From positions 1 to 61,891 of the IMG/VR virus record IMGVR_UViG_3300028198_000001: a DNA stretch of 61,891 nucleotides; one strand, given 5' to 3'. This stretch comes from a virus (taxonomy: Duplodnaviria; Caudoviricetes). Shown piece by piece: positions 19,230 to 28,419 of the stretch. A program made the translations under genes and the position numbers. The notes beneath the pieces were generated by a model. It had not been told where the DNA came from. It did no database searches and worked only from the letters and a program-made list of their open reading frames with translations. Position 1 is the first letter of the stretch. Each line of letters starts with the position of its first letter.

Positions 19230-19753
19230 TTCATAAATCTCTCAATACCTCTAATCTTATTTTTTTTCTTTTGTGATTTGTATGGTGATTCAGCATACTT
19301 CTCATGTGTATGCAGGTACTCTATATATGTAGTAACTTGTTTCCTGTTATCTTCACCAGCCACACTTACTTGTTGCATAATACCAGACCGTTCCACATAC
19401 AAATACTTCAAATGCATCTGTTTCTTTTCTTTCTGTATTCTACGAATAAACGCATGATGAATGATTTGTGTAAAATAAGAAAAAGGATTCTTAGATTTCT
19501 CTGGATTAAAATTATGAGCATAGAGTAAACAGTTCTCTATACCATCACTCACTAGGTCATCACGAAATGTATAGTTAATGAAGTTGGGTTTCCATGCCAA
19601 GTTCTCTGATATCTTGAGAAAACACTCTGCCATATATGATGTACTAGGTGGGTCAGGATCTTCAACTTCTCTTGCATCCATTACCCATTGTTTCCACTTT
19701 TTCATTTCCTTAAAAAACATTTCATTATCTACATAGTGTTTTGGGTTAGCCAT
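19226..19753 (-). CDS. gp55: late-transcription sigma factor (T4 gp55-like)
   Basis: HYVDN, ECFLKISENL, PNFINYTFRDD, KSKNPFSYFTQI...AFIRRIQKEKKQ. Confidence 0.96.
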   Translation of the reverse strand: MANPKHYVDNEMFFKEMKKWKQWVMDAREVEDPDPPSTSYMAECFLKISENLAWKPNFINYTFRDDLVSDGIENCLLYAHNFNPEKSKNPFSYFTQIIHHAFIRRIQKEKKQMHLKYLYVERSGIMQQVSVAGEDNRKQVTTYIEYLHTHEKYAESPYKSQKKKNKIRGIERFMK

Positions 19754-20229
19754 TACTTAACTCCAGTTGAACCAAGACCACCGCCTCGATTTTTAATTTC
19801 AGTTTCAGCATCATGTTCATCTTTAATAATATCAACCATCTCAGATTCAATTATTGGTTTAATAACTAGTTGTGCTATTCTATCACCCTTCTTTACTTCA
19901 TAAGGCATATGATTATGATTAATCATTATTATTTTTAATTCATCACGATAACCAGAATCAATAGTGCCAGGTGTATTCAATACTTGCAATCCATGTTTTG
20001 CAGCTAGACCAGAACGTGACCTAACTTGTCCTTCATACCCGTATGGTATAATAATAAACAGACCGGTTCCTATCGTTACCCAACTAAAGGCTCGAATCCG
20101 AATATCCTCATTAGAACGAATATCCATACCAGCATCACCACGATTCTTAAATGTTGGTAATGGATTATCAGTTTCTCTATAAATTTTAATCTGTAATTTA
20201 CCTGTCATTTCATTAATCATTGTATTCAA
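19753..20229 (-). CDS. dut: trimeric dUTPase
   Basis: AGMDI, RSRSGLA, GTIDSGYR, GDRIAQ, RGGGLGSTG. Confidence 0.95.
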   Translation of the reverse strand: MNTMINEMTGKLQIKIYRETDNPLPTFKNRGDAGMDIRSNEDIRIRAFSWVTIGTGLFIIIPYGYEGQVRSRSGLAAKHGLQVLNTPGTIDSGYRDELKIIMINHNHMPYEVKKGDRIAQLVIKPIIESEMVDIIKDEHDAETEIKNRGGGLGSTGVK

Positions 20230-20425
20230 TTCCTATTGGTGTTGATTTCATACTACTAACAGAATATTCTGTTTCAACTACAGCGGGTCTGTTAATTGGA
20301 AAAGTTTGAATGCGTTTGCATTCTTCACATTCATAATAACTAAACCACTTATGGCCACTAATGCCTTCAGCTATCTGCCTCGATGTTTTCATCTGGCAAC
20401 TCGGACACTTCCTTTTCGTTTTCAT
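20213..20425 (-). CDS. small zinc-ribbon protein
   Basis: CPSC...CEEC; SD AAGGAG. Confidence 0.7.
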   Translation of the reverse strand: MKTKRKCPSCQMKTSRQIAEGISGHKWFSYYECEECKRIQTFPINRPAVVETEYSVSSMKSTPIGIEYND

Positions 20426-20531
20426 AATCTTCCAACTCCTTAATAATTTTACGCTTCACTCTAAATTCTTTCCACTTATGATTTCTTTCTTTCTGCCTAT
20501 CTGATTTAGCTTTTCGATACGTCTTACCCAC
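20367..20531 (-). CDS. 54-aa basic/acidic micro-protein (not in ORF track)
   Basis: TATAAATA and SD AGGAG, then GTG: MGKTYRKAKSDRQKERNHKWKEFRVKRK...EADS*. Confidence 0.55.
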   Translation of the reverse strand: MGKTYRKAKSDRQKERNHKWKEFRVKRKIIKELEDYENEKEVSELPDENIEADS

Positions 20532-20546
20532 TTCTCTATCTCCTAT

Positions 20547-22058
20547 TTATACTGTTACTTGTTTAAAATTATAATCAAACTTTTCATCAGCATATATCTT
20601 AACACGTTCCCTCCAATGTTTAAGTCCATAATTATCTCGTTTCTTCCAATGTAAATCATCAACTATATCATATAATACTGCTTTGTTATTCATATCATCC
20701 AACCTCAATATTCTACCAATGGATTGTAAATTTCTAATCTTGGCTTTGTATGGATGAGCAAAAATTAATGATTGTAGATTCTTTATATTTACACCTGTAG
20801 ATAAGACACCTGATGATGCTATGATAACTGCGTCTTTACATTTTTCAGTTAATGCTCGAATAGACTCTCTCTCATCAACATCAGTTTCACCAGCTATAAA
20901 AAATATTTCTCTTGGATATGACTTTCCAGCAACTTCGTTTATAGCCATTTTTCTTTCCATCATCTCCTTTAATACTTTACCATGCTTCTCTACATAATTA
21001 AACAGAATCAATGTATTGCCTTTTTGATCTAAAGCCAGATTACATATAAAGTTATTTCGTTTTGTATGTGCTACAATAAAATCTATTTCTTCTTTATATG
21101 TTGCTTTCTTTTGTGCCTCTCGTTCAACATCTGGATACTGCATCAACAAACATTGTATCTTCAATTCAGATATATGTTTATCTTTCATCAACTGTTTAGA
21201 TGTTACAGCCTTATAGACTTGTCCAAATAATCCTTCCAATACAAATTGATGTGTCTTGGATTCAGTTAATGTTCCAGTAGTTCCAAATCTATATCGGCAA
21301 CTCACCATCTTTTCTAATATACCTTTCAATGATACAGCACTACATAAATGTGCTTCATCACCAACTACCATTCCAAACTGTTTAAAGAAAGGAACTCCAA
21401 GTCTAAACAATGACTGCCATGTAGAAATGACAATCTGTTTATCTGTTTTCTTATCTCTACCAGAATATATCATATGACATTGGCTCTTACCATCCCACTT
21501 ATCGTGTGACGAATAATCCAGAAAATCATTATACATCTGTGTCACCAGATTAGTTGTTGGCACAAGTATTAGTATCTTATCTTTATCCAAAAAATTCTGA
21601 TGCCATCTTATTAAAGAGTAGATAACCAGACTCTTTCCAGAAGATGTTGGTGAAAGCAAAAGAGCTCTCTCTTTCTTCACACAATGTGTAAATGATTTTA
21701 TTTGATAATCTCTGGGTATGATTGGTTTATGTTTACAATGAAGATTTAAAGCTTTAAAGAAATCTGCAATATTTTCATCTGATAAACCAGATAGAGGTGT
21801 GATACTAACAACATCACTTTTAACTACATATTGTCGTTGCATAGCGAACTTCATAAGATGGTCATATAGACCCATATAAAGTTGTTGCGTTTTTATATTG
21901 AATAGACGTATCTTGCCATCCCACATCTTGTTTCGATACTGTGGCATGAACTGAAAGCCTGGGACTTGAAATGCGAAAAATTCATTTAATTCTTGAGCGA
22001 TATGTCTTTCACAAGAAACCATCAAGAATGTTTCATTCATCTTACCAACTGTTATCAT
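20547..22058 (-). CDS. uvsW: UvsW DNA helicase
   Basis: WDGKIRLF, SPTSSGKS, GDEAH, TTGT, LQSIGR. Confidence 0.96.
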   Translation of the reverse strand: MITVGKMNETFLMVSCERHIAQELNEFFAFQVPGFQFMPQYRNKMWDGKIRLFNIKTQQLYMGLYDHLMKFAMQRQYVVKSDVVSITPLSGLSDENIADFFKALNLHCKHKPIIPRDYQIKSFTHCVKKERALLLSPTSSGKSLVIYSLIRWHQNFLDKDKILILVPTTNLVTQMYNDFLDYSSHDKWDGKSQCHMIYSGRDKKTDKQIVISTWQSLFRLGVPFFKQFGMVVGDEAHLCSAVSLKGILEKMVSCRYRFGTTGTLTESKTHQFVLEGLFGQVYKAVTSKQLMKDKHISELKIQCLLMQYPDVEREAQKKATYKEEIDFIVAHTKRNNFICNLALDQKGNTLILFNYVEKHGKVLKEMMERKMAINEVAGKSYPREIFFIAGETDVDERESIRALTEKCKDAVIIASSGVLSTGVNIKNLQSLIFAHPYKAKIRNLQSIGRILRLDDMNNKAVLYDIVDDLHWKKRDNYGLKHWRERVKIYADEKFDYNFKQVTV

Positions 22059-22061
22059 AAT

Positions 22062-22490
22062 TTAAAATGCACCACCCATAAACTTCTGGTGTTCAAGTGC
22101 GTTCTTTATATTAAAAGATTTATTCTGCATTACTTTTCCAGCTTCAACAACCAATTTTAATTTCTCTGTTTGTGCTGTAAGTCTATCTTGTATTTCATTT
22201 AATATAAGATCCGAATCAAGATATATATTAACATCAGATTTTAAAACTTTATGGTCAAATGGTTCTTTATCATATACAGCTGGGTCTGCTTTTCCCATAT
22301 AATACATCCATCTATTATATCGGATAACATTATATTCTTTCTCAAGAAAGCGTAGTCGTAATGCCTCATCATGAGCTAGTTGTTGATACTTGACTGCCTG
22401 TTCTGGAATTTTTAATGATTCAGTATCCAGCTGAGTATGGTCAATCTTTTTATCTATTTCGATTAGTTTTATTATTTCATCAATTTTCAT
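22062..22490 (-). CDS. uvsY: recombination mediator UvsY
   Basis: LDTESLKIP...WMYYMGKA...FNIKNALEHQKF; adjacent to uvsW. Confidence 0.92.
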   Translation of the reverse strand: MKIDEIIKLIEIDKKIDHTQLDTESLKIPEQAVKYQQLAHDEALRLRFLEKEYNVIRYNRWMYYMGKADPAVYDKEPFDHKVLKSDVNIYLDSDLILNEIQDRLTAQTEKLKLVVEAGKVMQNKSFNIKNALEHQKFMGGAF

Positions 22491-22496
22491 ATGTAC

Positions 22497-22532
22497 ATAA
22501 TAACATACTAAATATGGAAATACAAGGAAGAA
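22497..22532 (-). promoter_or_regulatory. early-type promoter for uvsY (probably leaderless)
   Basis: TTCTTCC-TTGTAT-N17-TATTAT, 6 nt before the ATG. Confidence 0.6.
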
Positions 22533-22534
22533 TA

Positions 22535-23071
22535 TTAGATGATCTTTTCAATATCAAACTGTCCTCTAAAGTTAAAGGAAGCATCAACCACAATGGGTTC
22601 AATCGTTGAGGGAGTAGAATCTAATTGTACTGAACTTAAAGCTGTGGGGAAAACATCTGTAAAGGTAATCTTATAATTTGGATTGGATTTGTTTGTATGT
22701 AACATAATATTAATATCTGAATATATACCATCAGTAGTTCCCGGAAAATCTTCAGTTCTTTTTAATGCAGCGAACTGTGTATAATCTCTTGGAAATCCTA
22801 TAGCTGTCATCCAATTATATATCTCTATATAATTCTGCATATCTTCATCTACAATAAAACTTATACTCAATGCCTCAAACGATAATGTATCACCTTCAAG
22901 AGGTGTATTCATAAATGGATTTGATTCATGTGTTTCACCCAAAATAACAGATGGTATATTCACACGTTGACAAAAATATGTTGTAGCAGGAAGTCGTGAA
23001 AAATTAATTTCAAACCCAACTACATTAAGTTGATTTAAATTGGAAGGTTGTGTATCTGTAAGTTTACTCAT
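22535..23071 (-). CDS. gp3: tail tube terminator / tail completion protein (T4 gp3-like)
   Basis: FCQRVNIP, FIVDEDMQNYIEIYNWM, FPTALS; conserved position between gp23 and uvsY. Confidence 0.88.
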   Translation of the reverse strand: MSKLTDTQPSNLNQLNVVGFEINFSRLPATTYFCQRVNIPSVILGETHESNPFMNTPLEGDTLSFEALSISFIVDEDMQNYIEIYNWMTAIGFPRDYTQFAALKRTEDFPGTTDGIYSDINIMLHTNKSNPNYKITFTDVFPTALSSVQLDSTPSTIEPIVVDASFNFRGQFDIEKII

Positions 23072-23201
23072 TTATTTTCTCTGTAAGTATTTCCACGTTT
23101 TTGATATCTTCATCTACGATATCTTCTATATTTATATCTTCTGATATGGCCAGTTTTCGTTTGTACCATTTCATTGCTTCTTGAATTTTTTCCTTTTCCA
23201 T
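23064..23201 (-). CDS. 45-aa hypothetical protein (not in ORF track)
   Basis: SD GGAG; MEKEKIQEAMKWYKRKLAISED...KINE*. Confidence 0.5.
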   Translation of the reverse strand: MEKEKIQEAMKWYKRKLAISEDINIEDIVDEDIKNVEILTEKINE

Positions 23202-23222
23202 GTTATTTCTCCATTTTGAGGA

Positions 23223-23273
23223 GGTGTAGATGATAAAAGTTATTCGTGAGATAATACTAATATCATCTACACC
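23223..23273. repeat. 13-bp perfect inverted repeat
   Basis: GGTGTAGATGATA (23223-23235) and TATCATCTACACC (23261-23273). Confidence 0.85.
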
Positions 23274-23285
23274 ATATATTCAAAA

Positions 23286-23316
23286 ACAAGATATATATCT
23301 TGTATAAGTATTTATA
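23286..23316. promoter_or_regulatory. 18-bp palindrome plus overlapping late-promoter boxes on opposite strands
   Basis: ACAAGATATATATCTTGT; + strand TATAAGTA (23303-23310); - strand TATAAATA (23309-23316). Confidence 0.6.
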
Positions 23317-23340
23317 ACACTTTTCACGAGGAAATATATA

Positions 23341-24129
23341 ATGGAACTTAATAAAACAGTCATAGGATTCTTCATTTTTCTGCATCTTGGTGCTTTACTA
23401 GCTTTACATCCTGCTACATTCTCTTGGTGTGCAGTCGCTACTATGTTGGTGATGTATTGGTTAACAGCCTCGATTGGAATATGTTTTGGTTATCATAGAT
23501 ACTTAACTCACAAAGGAATGTCTATGCCGAAATGGTTAGATTATACTATTGTGTTCTTAGGTACTCTGGCCTGTCAGAATGGCCCAATCAAATGGGTAGC
23601 TCATCATAGAATGCATCACCGATTTTCAGATAAAGAAGAGGACCCACATGATGCCAGTCGAGGATTTTGGTGGTCACATATCGGATGGATGCTTTATCAT
23701 AGAGATAGAATAGATAACCCCAAATCAATAGAATTATATACTAAGGATATTTACGATGATAACTTTTACCAATTCTTAGATAAATATTTTATCCACATTC
23801 AAGTAGCTTTAGGGATTATATTCTATTTAATAGGAGGTATCTCTTGGGTAGTATGGGGAATCTTTGTACGGATAGTATTGGTGTATCATGTGACTTGGTT
23901 AGTCAATAGTGCTTGTCATATGTGGGGATATAAAAACTTTGAACTAAAAGATGATTTATCCACAAACTGTTGGTGGAGTGCAATATTAAGCTTTGGTGAA
24001 GGGTGGCATAACAATCATCATAAATATCCAAAGAAAGCTAAACATGGTTTAAAGCTTTATGAGATTGATTTAACTTGGGTTTCTATTTGGGTATTATATA
24101 AGTTAGGTTTAATAAAGAGTATAAAGTAA
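23341..24129 (+). CDS. delta-9-type fatty acid desaturase (DesC-like)
   Basis: His boxes HRYLTH, HRMHH and HNNHH; TM helices; GEGWHNNHH; SD GAGG. Confidence 0.94.
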   Translation: MELNKTVIGFFIFLHLGALLALHPATFSWCAVATMLVMYWLTASIGICFGYHRYLTHKGMSMPKWLDYTIVFLGTLACQNGPIKWVAHHRMHHRFSDKEEDPHDASRGFWWSHIGWMLYHRDRIDNPKSIELYTKDIYDDNFYQFLDKYFIHIQVALGIIFYLIGGISWVVWGIFVRIVLVYHVTWLVNSACHMWGYKNFELKDDLSTNCWWSAILSFGEGWHNNHHKYPKKAKHGLKLYEIDLTWVSIWVLYKLGLIKSIK

Positions 24130-24159
24130 TATCTTAATCCCAACCGAACTGACATACAT

Positions 24160-24196
24160 AATATAACACAACGAAAAGTCCAATACAAGGAACAAG
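24160..24196 (-). promoter_or_regulatory. early-type promoter directed antisense into the desaturase
   Basis: CTTGTTCC-TTGTAT-N17-TATATT, with a TG extension. Confidence 0.55.
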
Positions 24197-24613
24197 TTAA
24201 GAATATTTATATCCCATTCTATTAAGCTCTTGACGATTAAACATATGAGCTTTATGTATATCTATTTTAGACCTTCCATCATACTCAACAGCCATATGAC
24301 TCTCTATCATCAATTCATTGATATTAACACCATCAACTATAAGCTCTCCTAATATTCTCCCGAACTTCCCTCTCTTATCCAAGTAAGTTCTTAAAGCAAT
24401 ACAGGTTCCTTTCTTACATTGCTCTTTAAGAAAACTGGCAGCCAACTTACCATAAAACTTTTCTTCTTTATCTCTTGTACGGGATTCTGGGGTGTCAATA
24501 CCATAGAGTCGGATTCTTTGTTTAGCTAATATAATACCAAATCCTAAATCAATATCGACATCTACAGTATCTCCATCCACAATTCTTCGTATCTTAGCTT
24601 TGTATTCATGCAT
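24197..24613 (-). CDS. thermonuclease (SNase)-family nuclease
   Basis: IVDGDTV, RIRLYGIDTPESRT, GKFGRILG. Confidence 0.9.
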   Translation of the reverse strand: MHEYKAKIRRIVDGDTVDVDIDLGFGIILAKQRIRLYGIDTPESRTRDKEEKFYGKLAASFLKEQCKKGTCIALRTYLDKRGKFGRILGELIVDGVNINELMIESHMAVEYDGRSKIDIHKAHMFNRQELNRMGYKYS

Positions 24614-24614
24614 A

Positions 24615-25187
24615 TCAATTCATTGAACAAGGCATCCAAACTTCTTCTTTATCGTGGAAGTGAATATTCCCACCACAGTCAAGCCACTTAGATGCTTTCA
24701 ATGCCTCTTTAGGTGTTTTGTAAGTATGAGCAAAAATATCTCTTGAGTTAATAACTCCCTCAGGTGGTACTCTGCGACTACCAAAATCATCCATCGGTCC
24801 GTGAGAACCTTCTGGTTTTTCGATTACAATTTTTTCTGTTTCTTCTATGAATACTCCAATAGACTCAAAGAATTTTTCTTTGCCAGCATATCCTTCAAGC
24901 CGTGCAATTTCTTCATTGTTCCAAATAACAAATGTAGGTGTTGCACGAATTGGTGATAACCTACCTTCTTCCATAGCTTTAGCAATCCAGTCTGGCATTC
25001 TGTTATTTACTTGAATTACTTTAAGTGGAAGATACTTGGCATATTCTGTCTTGTCATAAGTGGGTGCTACTTCATTGAGAAAGGCCTGACAGTAACCACA
25101 ATGAGAATTACTAAACATCAACAACTCATATGCATAAACTGGAAAAGCAACTAATAGAAACAAAAATGTAAATAATATCTTTTTCAT
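24615..25187 (-). CDS. exported thioredoxin-fold protein (SoxS-like) with C-terminal DUF3721-like module
   Basis: Signal peptide, CGYC, TPTF, RLEGY; C-terminal TPKEALKAS...CGG..H...WMPC. Confidence 0.75.
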   Translation of the reverse strand: MKKILFTFLFLLVAFPVYAYELLMFSNSHCGYCQAFLNEVAPTYDKTEYAKYLPLKVIQVNNRMPDWIAKAMEEGRLSPIRATPTFVIWNNEEIARLEGYAGKEKFFESIGVFIEETEKIVIEKPEGSHGPMDDFGSRRVPPEGVINSRDIFAHTYKTPKEALKASKWLDCGGNIHFHDKEEVWMPCSMN

Positions 25188-25201
25188 GTTACCTCCAAAA
25201 T

Positions 25202-25241
25202 AAAAAAAAAGAGGGACAGGGAATTAACCCCATCCCCCTCT
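25202..25241 (-). terminator. intrinsic terminator after gp23
   Basis: AGAGGGGGATGGGG-TTAATT-CCCTGTCCCTCT followed by a T run. Confidence 0.8.
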
Positions 25242-25261
25242 AATTAAAAAACTAACTTAAC

Positions 25262-26503
25262 TTACATCAAGTTTAGTACTTTAGTTTTGCGATAGTAAAC
25301 ATTCGCACCGGTCGTGATTGCAGTAAACGGATTGGAAACAATTCCATATCTCGTTTTGAATCCGATTTTCGGTTGGAACGTATTCTCACCCATAGCACGA
25401 ACCATCTGTAGTGGAACGTACGGACAGTAGAACATACCAGCATCATATGCACTAGATCCCTTATAACCAACTACATAGAATTGGTCAGTTGTTCCGCCCC
25501 AATATGGGTCGATATAGACTTTCATCTTACCATTAAGAACACCAGCAAATGTTCGCTGAGAGTCATCAACGTCTAGGTTTGTTGACATTGCCGGAGCATA
25601 GTCAAGAATACCAGCCATTGCCATAGCAGATGCTACGTCAGAAGAACAGATCATAAAGTTACCTTTACCGCGTCGGGTTTGGATAGCAATTTGATTTGCA
25701 TCTCGTTCTACTTGATACAATAGACCTTTGAATTTCTCAACCATCCAACGACCATTAGAGTCGGTGTTGAGGTCGAAAGTTCCAGCAGTTGTCGTATCAG
25801 TCTGCGCACCAGCTTTAGCAGCAAAATAGATTGTACGAATTACTTCCCGGTTAATTTCTGCAAGAATCTCAGAAGAAAGAATATTCGCAAGTTCTGTTTC
25901 AGCATCCAAACCGTGAACGGCTTTTAGATCCTGAGCAAGTTCTGTTGAGTACTCAGCTTTGAGAGCTCGAGTCTTAGCAGTAACGGAAGTTTTCTCAATG
26001 GTGAAAGCCATTTGAGCATAGTTAGTTCCGCCACCATCACCAAGAGCTTCAGCCTGGGTAGTAGTGTGTCCAGCACCAGTTGTCCAAGTACCATCAAACG
26101 GATTGTTGGTATTATCGGTAGCAACATGAGTACCAGTACCAGAGAAATCTGAATCAGCTTCGTTGTGTAGTGCTTCCGCCCCACCCTGTGAAGTGTAATG
26201 AGATTTCATGGCAAAGATCAATCCCGTAGGACCGGTCATAGGTTGTACACCACAAACGTCATAAGCGATCATCTGAGGCATTGCTCTACGAACCAAAGAA
26301 ACTAAAATAGGATCCCACTTTGCAACTCCACCCGTGTCAGGCATAACACCTGCATCATTAGCGGGTTGCTCAGAAAGAAACTTCTCTTGATTCTCAAGTA
26401 GACGTAAAGTAACATCTCTACGATAAGTATCTTTAATTTCAGGAAGATCGGCATGTTCCATTACGGGTTGCCACTTGTCCTTTATTGTTTCTGATAAATA
26501 CAT
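25262..26503 (-). CDS. gp23: major capsid protein (T4 gp23-like)
   Basis: GVQPMTGPTGLIFAM, ELAQDLKAVHGLDAE, YCPYVPL, FQPKIGFKTRYG. Confidence 0.98.
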   Translation of the reverse strand: MYLSETIKDKWQPVMEHADLPEIKDTYRRDVTLRLLENQEKFLSEQPANDAGVMPDTGGVAKWDPILVSLVRRAMPQMIAYDVCGVQPMTGPTGLIFAMKSHYTSQGGAEALHNEADSDFSGTGTHVATDNTNNPFDGTWTTGAGHTTTQAEALGDGGGTNYAQMAFTIEKTSVTAKTRALKAEYSTELAQDLKAVHGLDAETELANILSSEILAEINREVIRTIYFAAKAGAQTDTTTAGTFDLNTDSNGRWMVEKFKGLLYQVERDANQIAIQTRRGKGNFMICSSDVASAMAMAGILDYAPAMSTNLDVDDSQRTFAGVLNGKMKVYIDPYWGGTTDQFYVVGYKGSSAYDAGMFYCPYVPLQMVRAMGENTFQPKIGFKTRYGIVSNPFTAITTGANVYYRKTKVLNLM

Positions 26504-26579
26504 TTACTTCTCCTTTATAAATTTAAAATATTAAGTTTTAAAACTTCACTTTCACGTTATCCATATATCTAAAATAAGA

Positions 26580-27734
26580 TTACTTCTTTAAGTTAGAAAT
26601 TGCAGCCATGACACTATCCATTCTACCATCACCTTTTCCATTAGTCACTTCTTTATTAGTAGCTGCTGTATTCTTATTATCTTCCAGTTTCTTATCTGAT
26701 TTAAAGTAACTGTTTTTAATAATATTCAACTTCTCTTTATACTGCTTGTCTGATTCGTAATCAACATCTTCGGTTAACTCTTTCATTTTTTCAATGTCAG
26801 TATCAACCATGCCTTCTACGATATCTCGGAATGCGTCTTTAGCTTTATAAGTATTTAATTCATTCACCGTATCCATGTGCTTCTGAGTTTGCTCGTCAAG
26901 TTTAGTTTCCACTTCGGCAACTTCTTGTACAAGACTCTCAAAGACATCTTCCTTTTCTGCTGGAACATCAATATAATGTTCCTCAAACAATTTCTTCAAA
27001 CCAGAAATAAAGCTCTCTGTGACTTCGTTGCGAACACCTTGTTCAACAGCGAGTTTATTTTCTTCCATCCATTCTTTAACAACATAATTCATATACTCAT
27101 CCATTTTTTCAGTCATCTCTGTCTGAATGGCTTCTGTTTTCGTTTCCATATATGTCTTAGATTCATCTCGGATTTGCTTACGAATTTTAGAAATCTTAGA
27201 CTTAACAGCAGCCTCAAAGATTGTAGCAGCTTTCGTTTTGAATTCCTCAGAAAGGTCTTCACCATCTACAAGAGCAGCAACATCTTCAGAAACATCTACA
27301 TCAATATCTTCTTTCTTAGCCTTCTTAGATTCTTTCTCCTCATCATCATCTTCGTCATCTTCGTCATCATCATCTTTTTTATCTTTGTTCAACCAAGGAG
27401 GCATGCCTTCTTTTTTAGACTTTTTAGATTCTTTCTTAGATTTCTTAGATTCTACTTCTTCTTCATCATCCTCATCATCTTCTTCGTCATCTTCGTAATC
27501 TTCGTCATCTTCTTCTTTCTTTGCTTTGGCTTCTGCTTTAGCAGAGGCTTTGGACTTTTTTGTTTTGGGATCTTTTGCTTTGCCCTTACCATCTTCTCCA
27601 TCAGGCTCTGAATTACTTCGACCTTCTTCATCATCAATATCAGGTAATCCTAATTCTTTATTAGCACTTTTCGCTTCTTCCATATCAACCTCTTCAAGTT
27701 TTCCATCATCTGTGAGTGTTTCTTTCTTTGCCAT
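26580..27734 (-). CDS. gp22: prohead scaffolding protein (T4 gp22-like); likely start MAKKE at 27734
   Basis: LSEEFKTKAATIFEAAV, YVVKEWMEEN, LFEEHYIDVP; D/E- and K-rich N-terminal tract. Confidence 0.93.
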   Translation of the reverse strand: MAKKETLTDDGKLEEVDMEEAKSANKELGLPDIDDEEGRSNSEPDGEDGKGKAKDPKTKKSKASAKAEAKAKKEEDDEDYEDDEEDDEDDEEEVESKKSKKESKKSKKEGMPPWLNKDKKDDDDEDDEDDDEEKESKKAKKEDIDVDVSEDVAALVDGEDLSEEFKTKAATIFEAAVKSKISKIRKQIRDESKTYMETKTEAIQTEMTEKMDEYMNYVVKEWMEENKLAVEQGVRNEVTESFISGLKKLFEEHYIDVPAEKEDVFESLVQEVAEVETKLDEQTQKHMDTVNELNTYKAKDAFRDIVEGMVDTDIEKMKELTEDVDYESDKQYKEKLNIIKNSYFKSDKKLEDNKNTAATNKEVTNGKGDGRMDSVMAAISNLKK

Positions 27735-27769
27735 TGTTAATCTCCTAAAAAGTAATTTATTTCGTATAA

Positions 27770-27777
27770 TATTTATA
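27770..27777 (-). promoter_or_regulatory. T4-type late promoter TATAAATA (gp22/gp23)
   Basis: Exact consensus, intergenic. Confidence 0.8.
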
Positions 27778-27780
27778 AGA

Positions 27781-28419
27781 CTATAGATTTTGAAGGAATT
27801 TTGCAAAAACTTCTATCTTTTTCTGCTCGAGTTCCCTCGATTTTGCGTTCTCGATGGTTTTTCTCATACTATTTATATCTTGTTCTTTAATAACACCGTT
27901 GTCCCATATCCATTCTTTGCCTTCCATAATACCATCAACAAATGCATCAGGTGCTGACGGGTCAGCAACAATATCAACTGTGGATAAAACAAAGTCTTTC
28001 TGTACTTCATTAACACCATGTTTATTTGGTTTAACACTTCCCATACCTCTGGAAGATACACCAAGCTTAACACCCTCACTAATAAGATTTTTTACAATCT
28101 TACCATTTGGAGTATCCATTACTTTTGCTTTACCAATAAAATTTTTGCCATCTTCAACAAGTTCTTTAATAACGTGTGAAACCCTGTCTAAATTAATAAC
28201 GGGTCCTGCTGGATGACCAAGTTCTCCAAGAGCTCGTCCCTCTGCAACGTAACGTCTATTAAAGTTATTTACTTCTTTCTGTAAAACAGCATGAGGATAT
28301 ATTCTGCCATTCTGATTTTTCATATCAGCTTGCATAAAGATACCTTTAATATACTGTTCTTTACTTTTACCTTCAGTAATATACTCAACCTCATTAGTAT
28401 GTTCAGTTATTAATTTCAT
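27781..28419 (-). CDS. gp21: prohead protease (T4 gp21-like)
   Basis: MKLITE, GELGHP, GVSSRGMGS, DIVADPSAPDAFV. Confidence 0.96.
   Translation of the reverse strand: MKLITEHTNEVEYITEGKSKEQYIKGIFMQADMKNQNGRIYPHAVLQKEVNNFNRRYVAEGRALGELGHPAGPVINLDRVSHVIKELVEDGKNFIGKAKVMDTPNGKIVKNLISEGVKLGVSSRGMGSVKPNKHGVNEVQKDFVLSTVDIVADPSAPDAFVDGIMEGKEWIWDNGVIKEQDINSMRKTIENAKSRELEQKKIEVFAKFLQNL

Noticed and set aside
13441-25187. Assigning a cyanobacterial host from hsp20, MoxR and the desaturase
   Set aside because: These genes are shared across marine T4-like phages, no psbA/hli is in the window, and PRODH and the SoxS-like gene do not point specifically to cyanobacteria; the host remains undetermined.
26877-27786. 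Long plus-strand ORFs (Phe/Ser-rich)
   Set aside because: Antisense shadows of the low-complexity D/E/K tract in gp22.
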